Shown in pieces: positions 39,641 to 48,845 of a stretch of DNA of 64,000 nucleotides. A model generated the notes under the pieces. The model had not been told where the DNA came from. It ran no database searches and saw only the letters and a program-made list of their open reading frames with translations. Source of the stretch: a virus. Taxonomy: Duplodnaviria > Caudoviricetes. The position numbers and the translations under genes were made by a program. Location: positions 1-64,000 of IMG/VR virus record IMGVR_UViG_3300035396_001032; one strand, given 5' to 3'. Numbering within the stretch: the first letter of the stretch is position 1; every line of letters begins with the position of its first letter.

Positions 39641-41020
39641 ATGGACGGCAAAATCAGAATCTTATTTTATAACCTTGACGGTGCAGGGGTTAATTATTTT
39701 AGAACACTAACACCAGCAACTGAACTCGATAGAAATCATAGTGATGAATTTCACGTAGAGATAAATCCTGAACTGGATTTCAATGACCCAAAAATAGTTG
39801 ACTATTTAAAAACATTTCATATCATTCATTACCATCGTCAGTTTTTGGGTGAAACCAAACAGATGTTAGCACTTGCAAGTGAATTGAGAAAAGCTGGTAC
39901 AATATTGATGGTGGATATCGATGACTACTGGAACTTACATAAGAAACATCCATTCTATGCAATGAATCTTGAAAAGAAATTGCATGTTCCAATCATTGAA
40001 AACTTAAAGATTGCAGATTACGTTACAACTACTACAGATATTTTTGCATCTGAAATCCGTAAGGTAACTGGAAAAGATAATGTTGAGGTATTTTATAACT
40101 CAACTGACCCTACATGGATGAAACAATTCCAAAATAACTGGAAACCAGACCCAGATGGTAGAATTCGAATCACATATATGGCAGGTTCTTCTCACATGGG
40201 TGACGTTGAACAACTGGAAAGTGTGTTTAATGTACTTAATTCTGACCCAGAATTGAAAGACAGGTTCAAAGTAATTATCGCTGGTTGGGATACTGAAGGT
40301 AGTACTACTGACGTTACATTCAATCAGGAATTTGGTGATGAATTGCAAAAAATGGGATTGTGGACTAATCATGTTGTTAAAGCGATTAACAAGTCCAAAG
40401 GTGATATTAATCTAATCCCAATACCACAGGCATTGAAAGATAAATACAGGGATAAAGTGTTTAACCAAAAACAAAGAGATATTCAGTCAACAGAGAGTGT
40501 ATATTTGATTTATGAAAACATTCTTACTGATAATCATAGAAACATTACCAATAAAGATTATATCGAATGGCTTGGAAATTACGAAAGAAATGTAACCTAT
40601 GAAAATGAGGGTAATTTCGGCAGACGTTGGACACAAAAAGCCAATACTTATGCACAAGTACTTGATGAAACTGATATTGTAATCGCACCTCTTGCTGATA
40701 ACGAATTTAATCGAATGAAATCAAACTTGAAACAGGTAGAATGCTGGACAAGAAAACTTCCAATCGTATGCAGCGATATTCCACCATATAACGTTCATGG
40801 TAAACATATGGAAAATTGTATATTAATTCCCGCAGAAAAGAACGCACATAAGTACTGGAAGAAGTACTTGAAAAAATTAATATTAGATGCTGACCTTCGT
40901 AAGAAACTTGGTGAGCAACTATATGAAGACTTCAAAGTTGAATATAATTTGGCAGAAGTTACAAAGAAGCGTGCTGAATTTTATAAAGCAGCAGTAGCAA
41001 AAACATTAGCAATAGTTTAA
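39641..41020 (+). CDS. GT-B fold glycosyltransferase (GT4-like)
   Basis: G..YFR...P; DIDDYW; RITYMAGSSH..D; DIVIAPLADNEFNRMKSNLKQVE...PIVCSDIPPY nucleotide-sugar-binding signature. Confidence 0.85.
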   Translation: MDGKIRILFYNLDGAGVNYFRTLTPATELDRNHSDEFHVEINPELDFNDPKIVDYLKTFHIIHYHRQFLGETKQMLALASELRKAGTILMVDIDDYWNLHKKHPFYAMNLEKKLHVPIIENLKIADYVTTTTDIFASEIRKVTGKDNVEVFYNSTDPTWMKQFQNNWKPDPDGRIRITYMAGSSHMGDVEQLESVFNVLNSDPELKDRFKVIIAGWDTEGSTTDVTFNQEFGDELQKMGLWTNHVVKAINKSKGDINLIPIPQALKDKYRDKVFNQKQRDIQSTESVYLIYENILTDNHRNITNKDYIEWLGNYERNVTYENEGNFGRRWTQKANTYAQVLDETDIVIAPLADNEFNRMKSNLKQVECWTRKLPIVCSDIPPYNVHGKHMENCILIPAEKNAHKYWKKYLKKLILDADLRKKLGEQLYEDFKVEYNLAEVTKKRAEFYKAAVAKTLAIV

Positions 41021-41030
41021 ATTTAATAAC

Positions 41031-41561
41031 ATGAGAATATTTAGTTTTTTAAAAAGAAAGCCAAAACATCTATCGGTAGTTGAATACGATAAACTGGTAG
41101 ATAGTAAGTTGGAAAAAATTCGTGCATTCGTTAGATTGCATATTTATGCTAAACCTGATGATAAGGATTTTGAAGAAGCATTAGCAAAAGCGTTTGAATT
41201 ATATTTATTTAATTTAAAACAAGAACTTACCAAAACAGCACCAAAATGGACAATTCCACTTCCTTGGAAGAAACGAGTATTGTCTCCAATCAATGCGATA
41301 CATGCATTTAACCAAATTTATTATAGACGAAGAAAAAAAGTTGTTTGGTATAAAAGGCTACTTAGATACTTCAAGTCAATTAGAGTATATGTTATTCTAT
41401 TTTTCAAGGACTTGGCATTAAGACGTGAACTTCTTGAGATTAAGAAGTTGTTTCCAGACTACAAAATGTCAAATAAAACTGCACTGGGTTTACTGAAGGC
41501 AGTTGATGTAAATAAACGAGTAATGAAAAAGTATCCTCAAGTGACAACAACCAAGAAATAA
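41031..41561 (+). CDS. Hypothetical basic protein
   Basis: 176 aa, K/R-rich; TAATG-coupled to the next gene. Confidence 0.55.
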   Translation: MRIFSFLKRKPKHLSVVEYDKLVDSKLEKIRAFVRLHIYAKPDDKDFEEALAKAFELYLFNLKQELTKTAPKWTIPLPWKKRVLSPINAIHAFNQIYYRRRKKVVWYKRLLRYFKSIRVYVILFFKDLALRRELLEIKKLFPDYKMSNKTALGLLKAVDVNKRVMKKYPQVTTTKK

Positions 41562-42466
41562 TGAAGAAGTTCTTTCAAAACATATTGCTCTGGATTTACA
41601 TTAAAATACATTTGGTGTTGGTTAACCTCAGCATTGCATTGTATAACACCGAACATGAAATTCTCAAAGCAGACCCCAATAATTTGGGTGAAAGGAATAA
41701 TCACACGCAGCGAATGCGTAGCAGGAATCCATTGCTTGAAAAGTTTTACGCTGGGAAGCGTGACGAAAAGTATGTTCAGGATTACTATGAAATACTAAAA
41801 AAAGCCGACCTATTTATTCGAAACGCAACACCACATCAAATGGCAGTTGCTGCTGATAAATATGGTACAAGCTATGGTATGAAAGACCAATATGGTAGAA
41901 GGTATGAGCATTATGGTTTCTTCGATGACAAACATAAACATGCTGGCAAGACTCTTGGTGAAGTACTCACCGCAGAATACGAAGAAAGACGTACTAAGGA
42001 TGATGACTATGAAATTCTCTATATTTTCAATAATAAACCAATTGAAGTTGGATTTGTAAAGGTACTCGATGTTGTGGAGCAGAGCATTAAGGAAGACGTT
42101 GAATTTGAAGTCACAGACATGATTAAGAAATCCAAACAATTTGAATTTCCAATTAAAGCACATCGTGATGACGAAAACATTGAAAATAAAATTGAACAGC
42201 TAACAGAATATGTACACGTAAAGAAGATTGGATTTGAATTCAGACAGCTTGAATTCTTTATACCATTGAAGTTCAAGACAATGGATATTGATGAAAATTC
42301 TCAAATTTTTAAGGAAATTACGAATATTAAGAGTATATTTGTGAAGAATGATTATGGTGAACTGACTGGATTTGGAATCATTAAATTAATTAAAAGAGTA
42401 AAACATAACGATACTCATGAAGTCTGGAAATTCGAAGGAATTGAAATGCAGACTGTGGGACAATAA
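41561..42466 (+). CDS. Hypothetical protein
   Basis: 301 aa with a hydrophobic/amphipathic N-terminus. Confidence 0.6.
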   Translation: MKKFFQNILLWIYIKIHLVLVNLSIALYNTEHEILKADPNNLGERNNHTQRMRSRNPLLEKFYAGKRDEKYVQDYYEILKKADLFIRNATPHQMAVAADKYGTSYGMKDQYGRRYEHYGFFDDKHKHAGKTLGEVLTAEYEERRTKDDDYEILYIFNNKPIEVGFVKVLDVVEQSIKEDVEFEVTDMIKKSKQFEFPIKAHRDDENIENKIEQLTEYVHVKKIGFEFRQLEFFIPLKFKTMDIDENSQIFKEITNIKSIFVKNDYGELTGFGIIKLIKRVKHNDTHEVWKFEGIEMQTVGQ

Positions 42467-42477
42467 AAAATAGTAAT

Positions 42478-42975
42478 ATGGCATCATTTTTAGACAACCT
42501 AAAAAACGCTGTTGATAAAGGTGAATTTAATTCAGAAGCAGCGAAGAAAATATTAGAAATTAACGCACTTGCAGACAGTAAAATACCTAAAGGTGGTATT
42601 AAGAGTGAAAGAGACCTTGAAGACTTGGAAAAAACTGTTAATGACCGTCTTGAAAAAGCTGGTGTTAGGACAGTTACTGAGGAAGAGGCTGCATCACTCA
42701 ATTCTGAGTATGAGAAAAAAATGGAAGAAATTAGACTTGCTGATGCAGAAATCAAGCGCAAGGCAGACCTGATGAACTTAGTTGATAATCAGTTAAAAAC
42801 TCTTGTTGAAATCGAAGAAATGGTTAAGGCAAGTGTTGTTGATATGCTTTCATTCTGCGAAGAACTTGAAGATAGTTTTGAAAAAGAACTTGATGGGGAA
42901 GACCCGATGTTTGCTGAACTATCAAAAAAGATTGATGATATTCATTCTAAATATAATTCAACTATTAATAATTAA
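42478..42975 (+). CDS. Hypothetical coiled-coil protein
   Basis: 165 aa, E/K-rich and helical. Confidence 0.6.
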   Translation: MASFLDNLKNAVDKGEFNSEAAKKILEINALADSKIPKGGIKSERDLEDLEKTVNDRLEKAGVRTVTEEEAASLNSEYEKKMEEIRLADAEIKRKADLMNLVDNQLKTLVEIEEMVKASVVDMLSFCEELEDSFEKELDGEDPMFAELSKKIDDIHSKYNSTINN

Positions 42976-42986
42976 AAACAAATTTT

Positions 42987-43448
42987 ATGGCAAAAATTGA
43001 AAAAGCGTCTCAGGATGTAATTACATTATTTGATGAAGTACGAAACAAAACAAGCATTCCTCAATGGTTAATGTTTGAAGTATTGTGTAACAACAAACAG
43101 AAAGAATTGTACAAAATCGTTAAGACAAGCGATATTGTTGAGATTCTTACTGATGGTGTGAACTTCGCAGTGGTATTTAACGAGGAAATTCTCGACCAGT
43201 TAACACCAGAAATGCAAGAAATTGCAATCGTTGAGTGTCTTGCAGGTGTAAGTGTTAGCGATAGTGATGCAGTATCTCTTGAGAAACCAAATTTTAATAC
43301 ACATACTGGTGTGTTGCAGAAATATGGACACGAATCCATTATTGTTTTGCACGAGTCAATTAAAAGTCTTTTCGACAAGAAAAAACAGGAAGAAGACGAG
43401 TCAAAGGCAGCTACCAAAGGAAAACGTGGTAAAAAATCTGGTCAATAA
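42987..43448 (+). CDS. Phage metallopeptidase-like fold protein, probably inactive
   Basis: FAVVFNEEILDQL...IAIVECLAG...KPNF..H..VLQKYG resembles the phage metallopeptidase family but lacks HExxH. Confidence 0.4.
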   Translation: MAKIEKASQDVITLFDEVRNKTSIPQWLMFEVLCNNKQKELYKIVKTSDIVEILTDGVNFAVVFNEEILDQLTPEMQEIAIVECLAGVSVSDSDAVSLEKPNFNTHTGVLQKYGHESIIVLHESIKSLFDKKKQEEDESKAATKGKRGKKSGQ

Positions 43449-43474
43449 TATAATTCCGACAAGGTTCAGACAAG

Positions 43475-43504
43475 TCCCGACAACAAAATTGTCGGGATTT
43501 TTTT
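43475..43504 (+). terminator. Rho-independent terminator
   Basis: TCCCGACAA-CAAAA-TTGTCGGGA plus T7. Confidence 0.85.
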
Positions 43505-43512
43505 ATTTATAA

Positions 43513-43520
43513 GTATTTAT
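43513..43520 (+). promoter_or_regulatory. Putative phage late promoter motif GTATTTAT
   Basis: After the terminator; 23 nt before the baseplate gene ATG at 43536. Confidence 0.7.
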
Positions 43521-43535
43521 AGAAAATCGATTAGA

Positions 43536-43934
43536 ATGAATTCATATAATGTAACATTTCCATTTCAGGATAATAATACTACAAGAGGTTTTCTATCAAT
43601 GAATCGTGTAACTAAAGATTCATATAGTTCCAATTTATTGTTATTATTATTGACACAAAAGGATGAAAGATACTGTGAACCCGAATATGGTACGAATTTA
43701 TTGAAATTTATCTTCGAACCTAACGATAATATCACTGCAAGCATGGTTGAAGAAGAAATTAAAAATACTGTTTCAAAATATATTCCACAGATTAAAATAA
43801 AATCAGTTTCATTTAATTGGCTGATGGATGATTATAAGCAGCCAATATCTGAGAATCAATTAAACGTTAACGTAAAGTTTGAATATAATGAAGGTGCACT
43901 TAGTGAAACAGGTAATATTGATTTAAATTTTTAA
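43536..43934 (+). CDS. Baseplate wedge subunit, T4 gp25-like
   Basis: SNLLLLLLTQKDERYCEPEYGTNLLKFIFEP...IKNTVSKYIPQI fits GPW_gp25. Confidence 0.88.
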   Translation: MNSYNVTFPFQDNNTTRGFLSMNRVTKDSYSSNLLLLLLTQKDERYCEPEYGTNLLKFIFEPNDNITASMVEEEIKNTVSKYIPQIKIKSVSFNWLMDDYKQPISENQLNVNVKFEYNEGALSETGNIDLNF

Positions 43935-43944
43935 AATATAGAAT

Positions 43945-45795
43945 ATGGCTACAGATACTACAACAAATGTAATACAATATGGAAGCAGGACTTTCGGTGA
44001 AATTAGAGCAGACCTTATCTCTTTAATTAAACAATCATATCCTGAAGTTCTTTCAGATTTCACTGATTCAAGTGTTGGTGCAATGCTTATTGACCTTAAT
44101 GCTGGTGTTACAAATAACCTATCAATCAATACTGACAGAGTATTTCAAGAAACTCAGTTAGAATATGCTCAACAAAAGTCATCAATACTAAATCTTGCAA
44201 AGAATATGGGTTTTAATGTTCCAGCCAGAAGACCGAGTGTTACTGTTGTGGATTTCACTGTTGTCATTCCAGTACTTGGAAATAAACCAGATGCTTCATA
44301 TTACCCAGTGTTGAAAAAGGGTGCACAGGTAATTGGTGGTGGAAAAATCTTCGAAACTCAAGATAACATTGATTGGAACTCTCCACTTAGTAATCTTGGT
44401 GACCCTAATCGAAGAATTGTGCCTAATTTAGACACTAATGGAATTACGGTGAGCTATCTTGTCACTAAACGTGAAGTTGTATTAAATGGTGGTACAAGCG
44501 TATTTAAAAAGAGTATTAGCACATCAGACATAGTACCATTCTTTTCAATAACACTTCCAGACCCAGACGTAATTGAAATTGAAAGTGTAATTTTATTGGA
44601 AGGTACGAGTTACGTTAGTAATCCAGAAATCGGTGCATTTTATAATTTCAACGATAGATATTATGAAGTAGATTATCTTGCACAACAACGAGTTTTTGTT
44701 GAAGATAGTTCAAGTTCACAAGTGAATCTTAATTCAGATGGATTAAAGGCAGCAACTTGGATTGATGTAACAAAAAAATTCATAAAAGAATTCACACCTC
44801 AAGGATATTGTAAATTAACATTTGGTTCAGGTGATGCAGATGTGAATGCCTTTCAAGACGGATTTCTTAAAGAAGGTGTTAGCAATCGCTATTTTCTCGA
44901 AAACTTTTTAAATAACACGGCTTTAGGTGAAAAATTAAAAGCAAACTATACATTATTTGTTCGATATAGAACAGGTGGTGGAGTTAACTCAAATATTGGT
45001 TCAGAAGTTCTAACACAACTTGGTTCATACGAATTATCTGTAAATGGTTCTCGTCAGGACTATAATCAGGCAGTGCAAAGAAGTTTAAAAACGACTAATC
45101 CAATCCCAGCAATTGGTGGAAACGATGGATTGAGTATTGAGCAAATCAGACAATTGATTAAATATAATTTCTCTGCACAAAATAGGGATGTAACACTGAC
45201 TGACTATTTATTACAGGTCTATAAGATGCCCGGGAAGTTCGGCTCTCCCTTTCGTGCCAATGCTTTCAAAGAAAATAATAAGGTAGTAATTTCAATTCTT
45301 GACATTGGTTCTGATGGTAAACTTTATAATGGTAGTAACTCACTACTAAAAGGAAATATTGCTGAATATCTCACGCAGTTCAGAATGATTAATGATTATG
45401 TTGAAATTAAAGACGGTAAAATATATAATCTTGCATTTGAAATCGATGCATATGTTGAAAACATTACTGACAATACGATTGCCAATAGTATTATCACACT
45501 TGTCATGGATTACTTCAACATCAATACACATGAAATGAACCAAGACGTGTTTTTGGGACCGCTTCAACGTGAGATTCTCAGTGCAAATGGTGTAATCAAC
45601 GTAATTAGTATTAAAGCATTTAATATGGTCGGTGGTCAGTATTCAAGTAATACTATTGCACAGGGTATTTCGGATACAACTACTGGTGAAATTGCAATTA
45701 CTAATAACACAATATACTCGACACAGGATTCTATGTTTGAAATCAAATATCCAGAAAAAGATATTAAGGTTTTATTGAGAAAAAAAGTTGGATAA
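43945..45795 (+). CDS. Baseplate wedge subunit, T4 gp6/baseplate-J-like
   Basis: SRTFGEIRADL...DFTDSSVG.ML; GGNDGLSIEQIR...AQNRDVTLTDY; follows the gp25-like gene. Confidence 0.85.
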   Translation: MATDTTTNVIQYGSRTFGEIRADLISLIKQSYPEVLSDFTDSSVGAMLIDLNAGVTNNLSINTDRVFQETQLEYAQQKSSILNLAKNMGFNVPARRPSVTVVDFTVVIPVLGNKPDASYYPVLKKGAQVIGGGKIFETQDNIDWNSPLSNLGDPNRRIVPNLDTNGITVSYLVTKREVVLNGGTSVFKKSISTSDIVPFFSITLPDPDVIEIESVILLEGTSYVSNPEIGAFYNFNDRYYEVDYLAQQRVFVEDSSSSQVNLNSDGLKAATWIDVTKKFIKEFTPQGYCKLTFGSGDADVNAFQDGFLKEGVSNRYFLENFLNNTALGEKLKANYTLFVRYRTGGGVNSNIGSEVLTQLGSYELSVNGSRQDYNQAVQRSLKTTNPIPAIGGNDGLSIEQIRQLIKYNFSAQNRDVTLTDYLLQVYKMPGKFGSPFRANAFKENNKVVISILDIGSDGKLYNGSNSLLKGNIAEYLTQFRMINDYVEIKDGKIYNLAFEIDAYVENITDNTIANSIITLVMDYFNINTHEMNQDVFLGPLQREILSANGVINVISIKAFNMVGGQYSSNTIAQGISDTTTGEIAITNNTIYSTQDSMFEIKYPEKDIKVLLRKKVG

Positions 45796-46040
45796 TGGAA
45801 GTGATTAAAAAGAGAGTGCTTCAAGCAGTGACTACTGGTTCAACAAGTGGTGGTACTGTAATTATTCCTGATTTAACTAAGGACTATTATTTTAAATTCC
45901 TGTTAACTCAAGACTCACATGATATTGGATTTTTTGATGCAGTTGAAACAGAAGAAACAGAAGAAACTGTTGTATATATTTTTGTTGACAGTAACGATGA
46001 TGTATTTACAGACAGTAATAACGATATATTTATAATGTAA
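45795..46040 (+). CDS. Small baseplate-region protein with acidic repeated C-terminus
   Basis: 81 aa; ETEETEET and FVDSNDDVFTDSNNDIF duplications. Confidence 0.55.
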   Translation: MEVIKKRVLQAVTTGSTSGGTVIIPDLTKDYYFKFLLTQDSHDIGFFDAVETEETEETVVYIFVDSNDDVFTDSNNDIFIM

Positions 46041-46043
46041 AAA

Positions 46044-46553
46044 ATGGCAGAAAAAAAATTATTTGGTTTAGTTCAGGAATCCGAACCTTCCGATTCTTCG
46101 ATGAATATTGCATATGGTAAAGCAACAGAACCAGCAAAAAATATTACATTAGGTAATTTGAAAACATGGATTACTGGTTCAAATCCAATTAAAAGCATTA
46201 CAGTTGAAATCGGTTCTTGGAATATGGGTGATGTTGTAGATTCAACAAAATCTATATCACCGCAGCTTAGTGTTGGTAATCCACTCTTTTATAATAAAAT
46301 AAGGGGAATTAGTAGTGTGATAATTCGAAGTGATGATTTAGGTAGTGGTACATATCAGCTTTTTGAGTTATTGAGTGATAGTAGTGGTACTGGTGGGTCA
46401 AGTATTCCACTTATTCAAGTTACTAAAGGTGGTGGTGTGCAAGATGCCATCATCACATTAAATACTCGAACTGGTAGTATATATAGAACCAACCAATATT
46501 ATAATGACCCATCAATTAATCGTGGGTGGATAACAATTTTATATGTTGACTAA
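46044..46553 (+). CDS. Hypothetical virion/fibre-like protein
   Basis: 169 aa within the baseplate operon; beta-rich. Confidence 0.55.
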   Translation: MAEKKLFGLVQESEPSDSSMNIAYGKATEPAKNITLGNLKTWITGSNPIKSITVEIGSWNMGDVVDSTKSISPQLSVGNPLFYNKIRGISSVIIRSDDLGSGTYQLFELLSDSSGTGGSSIPLIQVTKGGGVQDAIITLNTRTGSIYRTNQYYNDPSINRGWITILYVD

Positions 46554-47422
46554 TGAAAATAATACAATCATTTGCACTATTTAAGGAAGGTAGTCCATAT
46601 ACTAAGAATAATAAGGTGTCACTAAATTTTTATTCATTTTTACTTAGTTATTTGACATTAAATAAGTATTATGGACACGTAACAATGGTATGTAATCAAA
46701 CTGCATACGATGCATTTATAAAATATATTCCATATGATGAAATTATTTTAATGGAAAATAAAAATGATTTCATGTTTTGGAACTTATATAAAGTAGATGC
46801 AATGAAAATAATTAATGATGAATTTATTCACGTAGATTCAGATGTATTTATTTTTGATGATTTGTTTAGAGAATATATTGATGGAGATTATGATATTATT
46901 GTTCAAGATATTACACCTGCAAATGTAAATGTTGTAACTCAAGATTTTGTGAAAGACAATGCGGAATTTTTATCGAAAAATGATATTATTGATATCAGTG
47001 AATATGATGGTAGATTTACGAGTTGTGGTACAATTGGAATGAAAAAACATGTTCAACCAATGTATTTTCTTGCTGTGGATAAGTTGTATCGGGGAGTATT
47101 GAATAATGAATTATTGAATACTGACCCAACACATGCTTTACATAGTTTTCGTCCATCAATAATTACAGAGGAATTAACACTTTATTTTGTTGCAATACGT
47201 AATAAATATAGAATTTTTGATATATTATCAGAAAACTCTATTGGTGAACATGGTCATGATATTAGTGCTAATATTCACAAATATACGCACATGTGGTTTG
47301 ATACAAGATTTGTTGATAAAAATCTTACGTTGATGAGAAATAAAATAAGAACTGAATTTCCATACTATAGAAAATTGGTTGATAAATATGAATTAGAAGT
47401 AATGCAAAATCAATTATGGTAA
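46553..47422 (+). CDS. GT-A-like DxD nucleotide-sugar transferase (DUF6734-like)
   Basis: FWNLYKVDAM...FIHVDSDVFIF (DxD), followed by D.IVQ and later E-LT and H..YTHMW; typical GT-A layout. Confidence 0.6.
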   Translation: MKIIQSFALFKEGSPYTKNNKVSLNFYSFLLSYLTLNKYYGHVTMVCNQTAYDAFIKYIPYDEIILMENKNDFMFWNLYKVDAMKIINDEFIHVDSDVFIFDDLFREYIDGDYDIIVQDITPANVNVVTQDFVKDNAEFLSKNDIIDISEYDGRFTSCGTIGMKKHVQPMYFLAVDKLYRGVLNNELLNTDPTHALHSFRPSIITEELTLYFVAIRNKYRIFDILSENSIGEHGHDISANIHKYTHMWFDTRFVDKNLTLMRNKIRTEFPYYRKLVDKYELEVMQNQLW

Positions 47423-47853
47423 CTGGTACAACATCATATAGTCGATTAGCCGAATTAAAGAAGTATGCAATTGGTGTCCCATTTACTCAACAATATGTTG
47501 GTGGTGGCAGTACCTCAGTGGATGGCGTTGATTTCACCAATTCAGTATCTGGTGTTAGTGTAACGTATTATATCGCAGGAATTAAATACATCGACAATGT
47601 TAGTGCTGTGACTACCACATATAGCGTGGCTGCACAGGGTGAAAGTAGTGCTGATTTCATCAACGTACCGTATCAAAAAAATCCGAATGAAGAAAACATA
47701 ATCAGTAACCCAAAAATTATTGATGATGTATTTATAATAAGACAAGAATTGTCAGCATTTGATAAAAACTATCGATTAGAATATATAAGAAGTTTAAGTG
47801 ATTTAACTACATATGCTGGTGGTAGATTCTTTAACATAGTAAATAACACATAA
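47416..47853 (+). CDS. Hypothetical structural protein
   Basis: 145 aa in the baseplate operon; overlaps the upstream gene by 7 nt. Confidence 0.55.
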   Translation: MVTGTTSYSRLAELKKYAIGVPFTQQYVGGGSTSVDGVDFTNSVSGVSVTYYIAGIKYIDNVSAVTTTYSVAAQGESSADFINVPYQKNPNEENIISNPKIIDDVFIIRQELSAFDKNYRLEYIRSLSDLTTYAGGRFFNIVNNT

Positions 47854-47854
47854 A

Positions 47855-48757
47855 ATGGCAGTAGGAACATACGGAACAATAAGACCCTCAGACGTTAGTA
47901 TCGATGATATTGACATTTATTACAGCTATTCTCCAAGTAGAGAAATTAGTAATAATACAATCTACAAGCTAACTGCTTCTGAGATATTAACATACAATTA
48001 TTTACCAACCGATGAACAACTTGTTGGAAATGAGAACTTACTTGAAGGACTTTATAATTTAAGACTTCCAGCATCAGTATTCAGTCAATTGGGAATTTAC
48101 ACAATATATATTAAGCCGAAAAAAGTAACTACGACAATAATTGATTGTAGTGTGTTATCATCATTACCAAGTGTTAAGGGAATTGTGCTCGATAGTAATC
48201 AATTGCCAGAAGCATTGAGAGCAAATAATGCATTGCAAGGATATCGTATTGAATATATCGACCCACAGACAAACAATAAGATAAGAAATGTTGTACGATA
48301 TGTAGTTACATCAAATAAGGTTAGTGTAATTGAGGGTAATGTTGGAAATACAAGTCAGAAGACTGTGAGATATAAATTTGATGACAGTAGTTCATTACTT
48401 TTCTTACAATTAACTCCAAGCAGTTCAACAGATGTTAAACCAAATGCATCACCATTTATTGGAAATCCAAATCAAACAATTATAATTTCTAATACATTCT
48501 TTTCACCATTGGTTCTTGAAGTCGATATGGTTCAGAATACAATCGATACACTTTCAGATATTGTAGCAGGTGAACAGGTTAAGGATGTTGATAATGGTAT
48601 TCTAACATATTACGATTCAAATAGGGTGATAACCAAACAGTTTAATATATTTGAAATAAAAGATGATGTTAATAATGTTCCATTGTTTGAAGTAAAAGAA
48701 AAACGAACAAATATTGACGAATCACAAAACTTTGATAACGTTATTAGTGGTATATAA
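47855..48757 (+). CDS. Hypothetical structural protein (baseplate region)
   Basis: 300 aa; last gene before a terminator. Confidence 0.6.
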   Translation: MAVGTYGTIRPSDVSIDDIDIYYSYSPSREISNNTIYKLTASEILTYNYLPTDEQLVGNENLLEGLYNLRLPASVFSQLGIYTIYIKPKKVTTTIIDCSVLSSLPSVKGIVLDSNQLPEALRANNALQGYRIEYIDPQTNNKIRNVVRYVVTSNKVSVIEGNVGNTSQKTVRYKFDDSSSLLFLQLTPSSSTDVKPNASPFIGNPNQTIIISNTFFSPLVLEVDMVQNTIDTLSDIVAGEQVKDVDNGILTYYDSNRVITKQFNIFEIKDDVNNVPLFEVKEKRTNIDESQNFDNVISGI

Positions 48758-48782
48758 TCACTGATATTGAATTAATTTGAAG

Positions 48783-48811
48783 AAATCCCAATCCAATAGA
48801 TTGGGATTTTT
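48783..48811 (+). terminator. Rho-independent terminator
   Basis: AAATCCCAATC-CAATA-GATTGGGATTT plus TT. Confidence 0.8.
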
Positions 48812-48820
48812 CTTTTTATC

Positions 48821-48828
48821 GTATTTAT
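48821..48828 (+). promoter_or_regulatory. Putative phage late promoter motif GTATTTAT
   Basis: After the terminator; 25 nt before the GTG start at 48846. Confidence 0.7.
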
Positions 48829-48845
48829 AGTAAATCGTAAAGACT

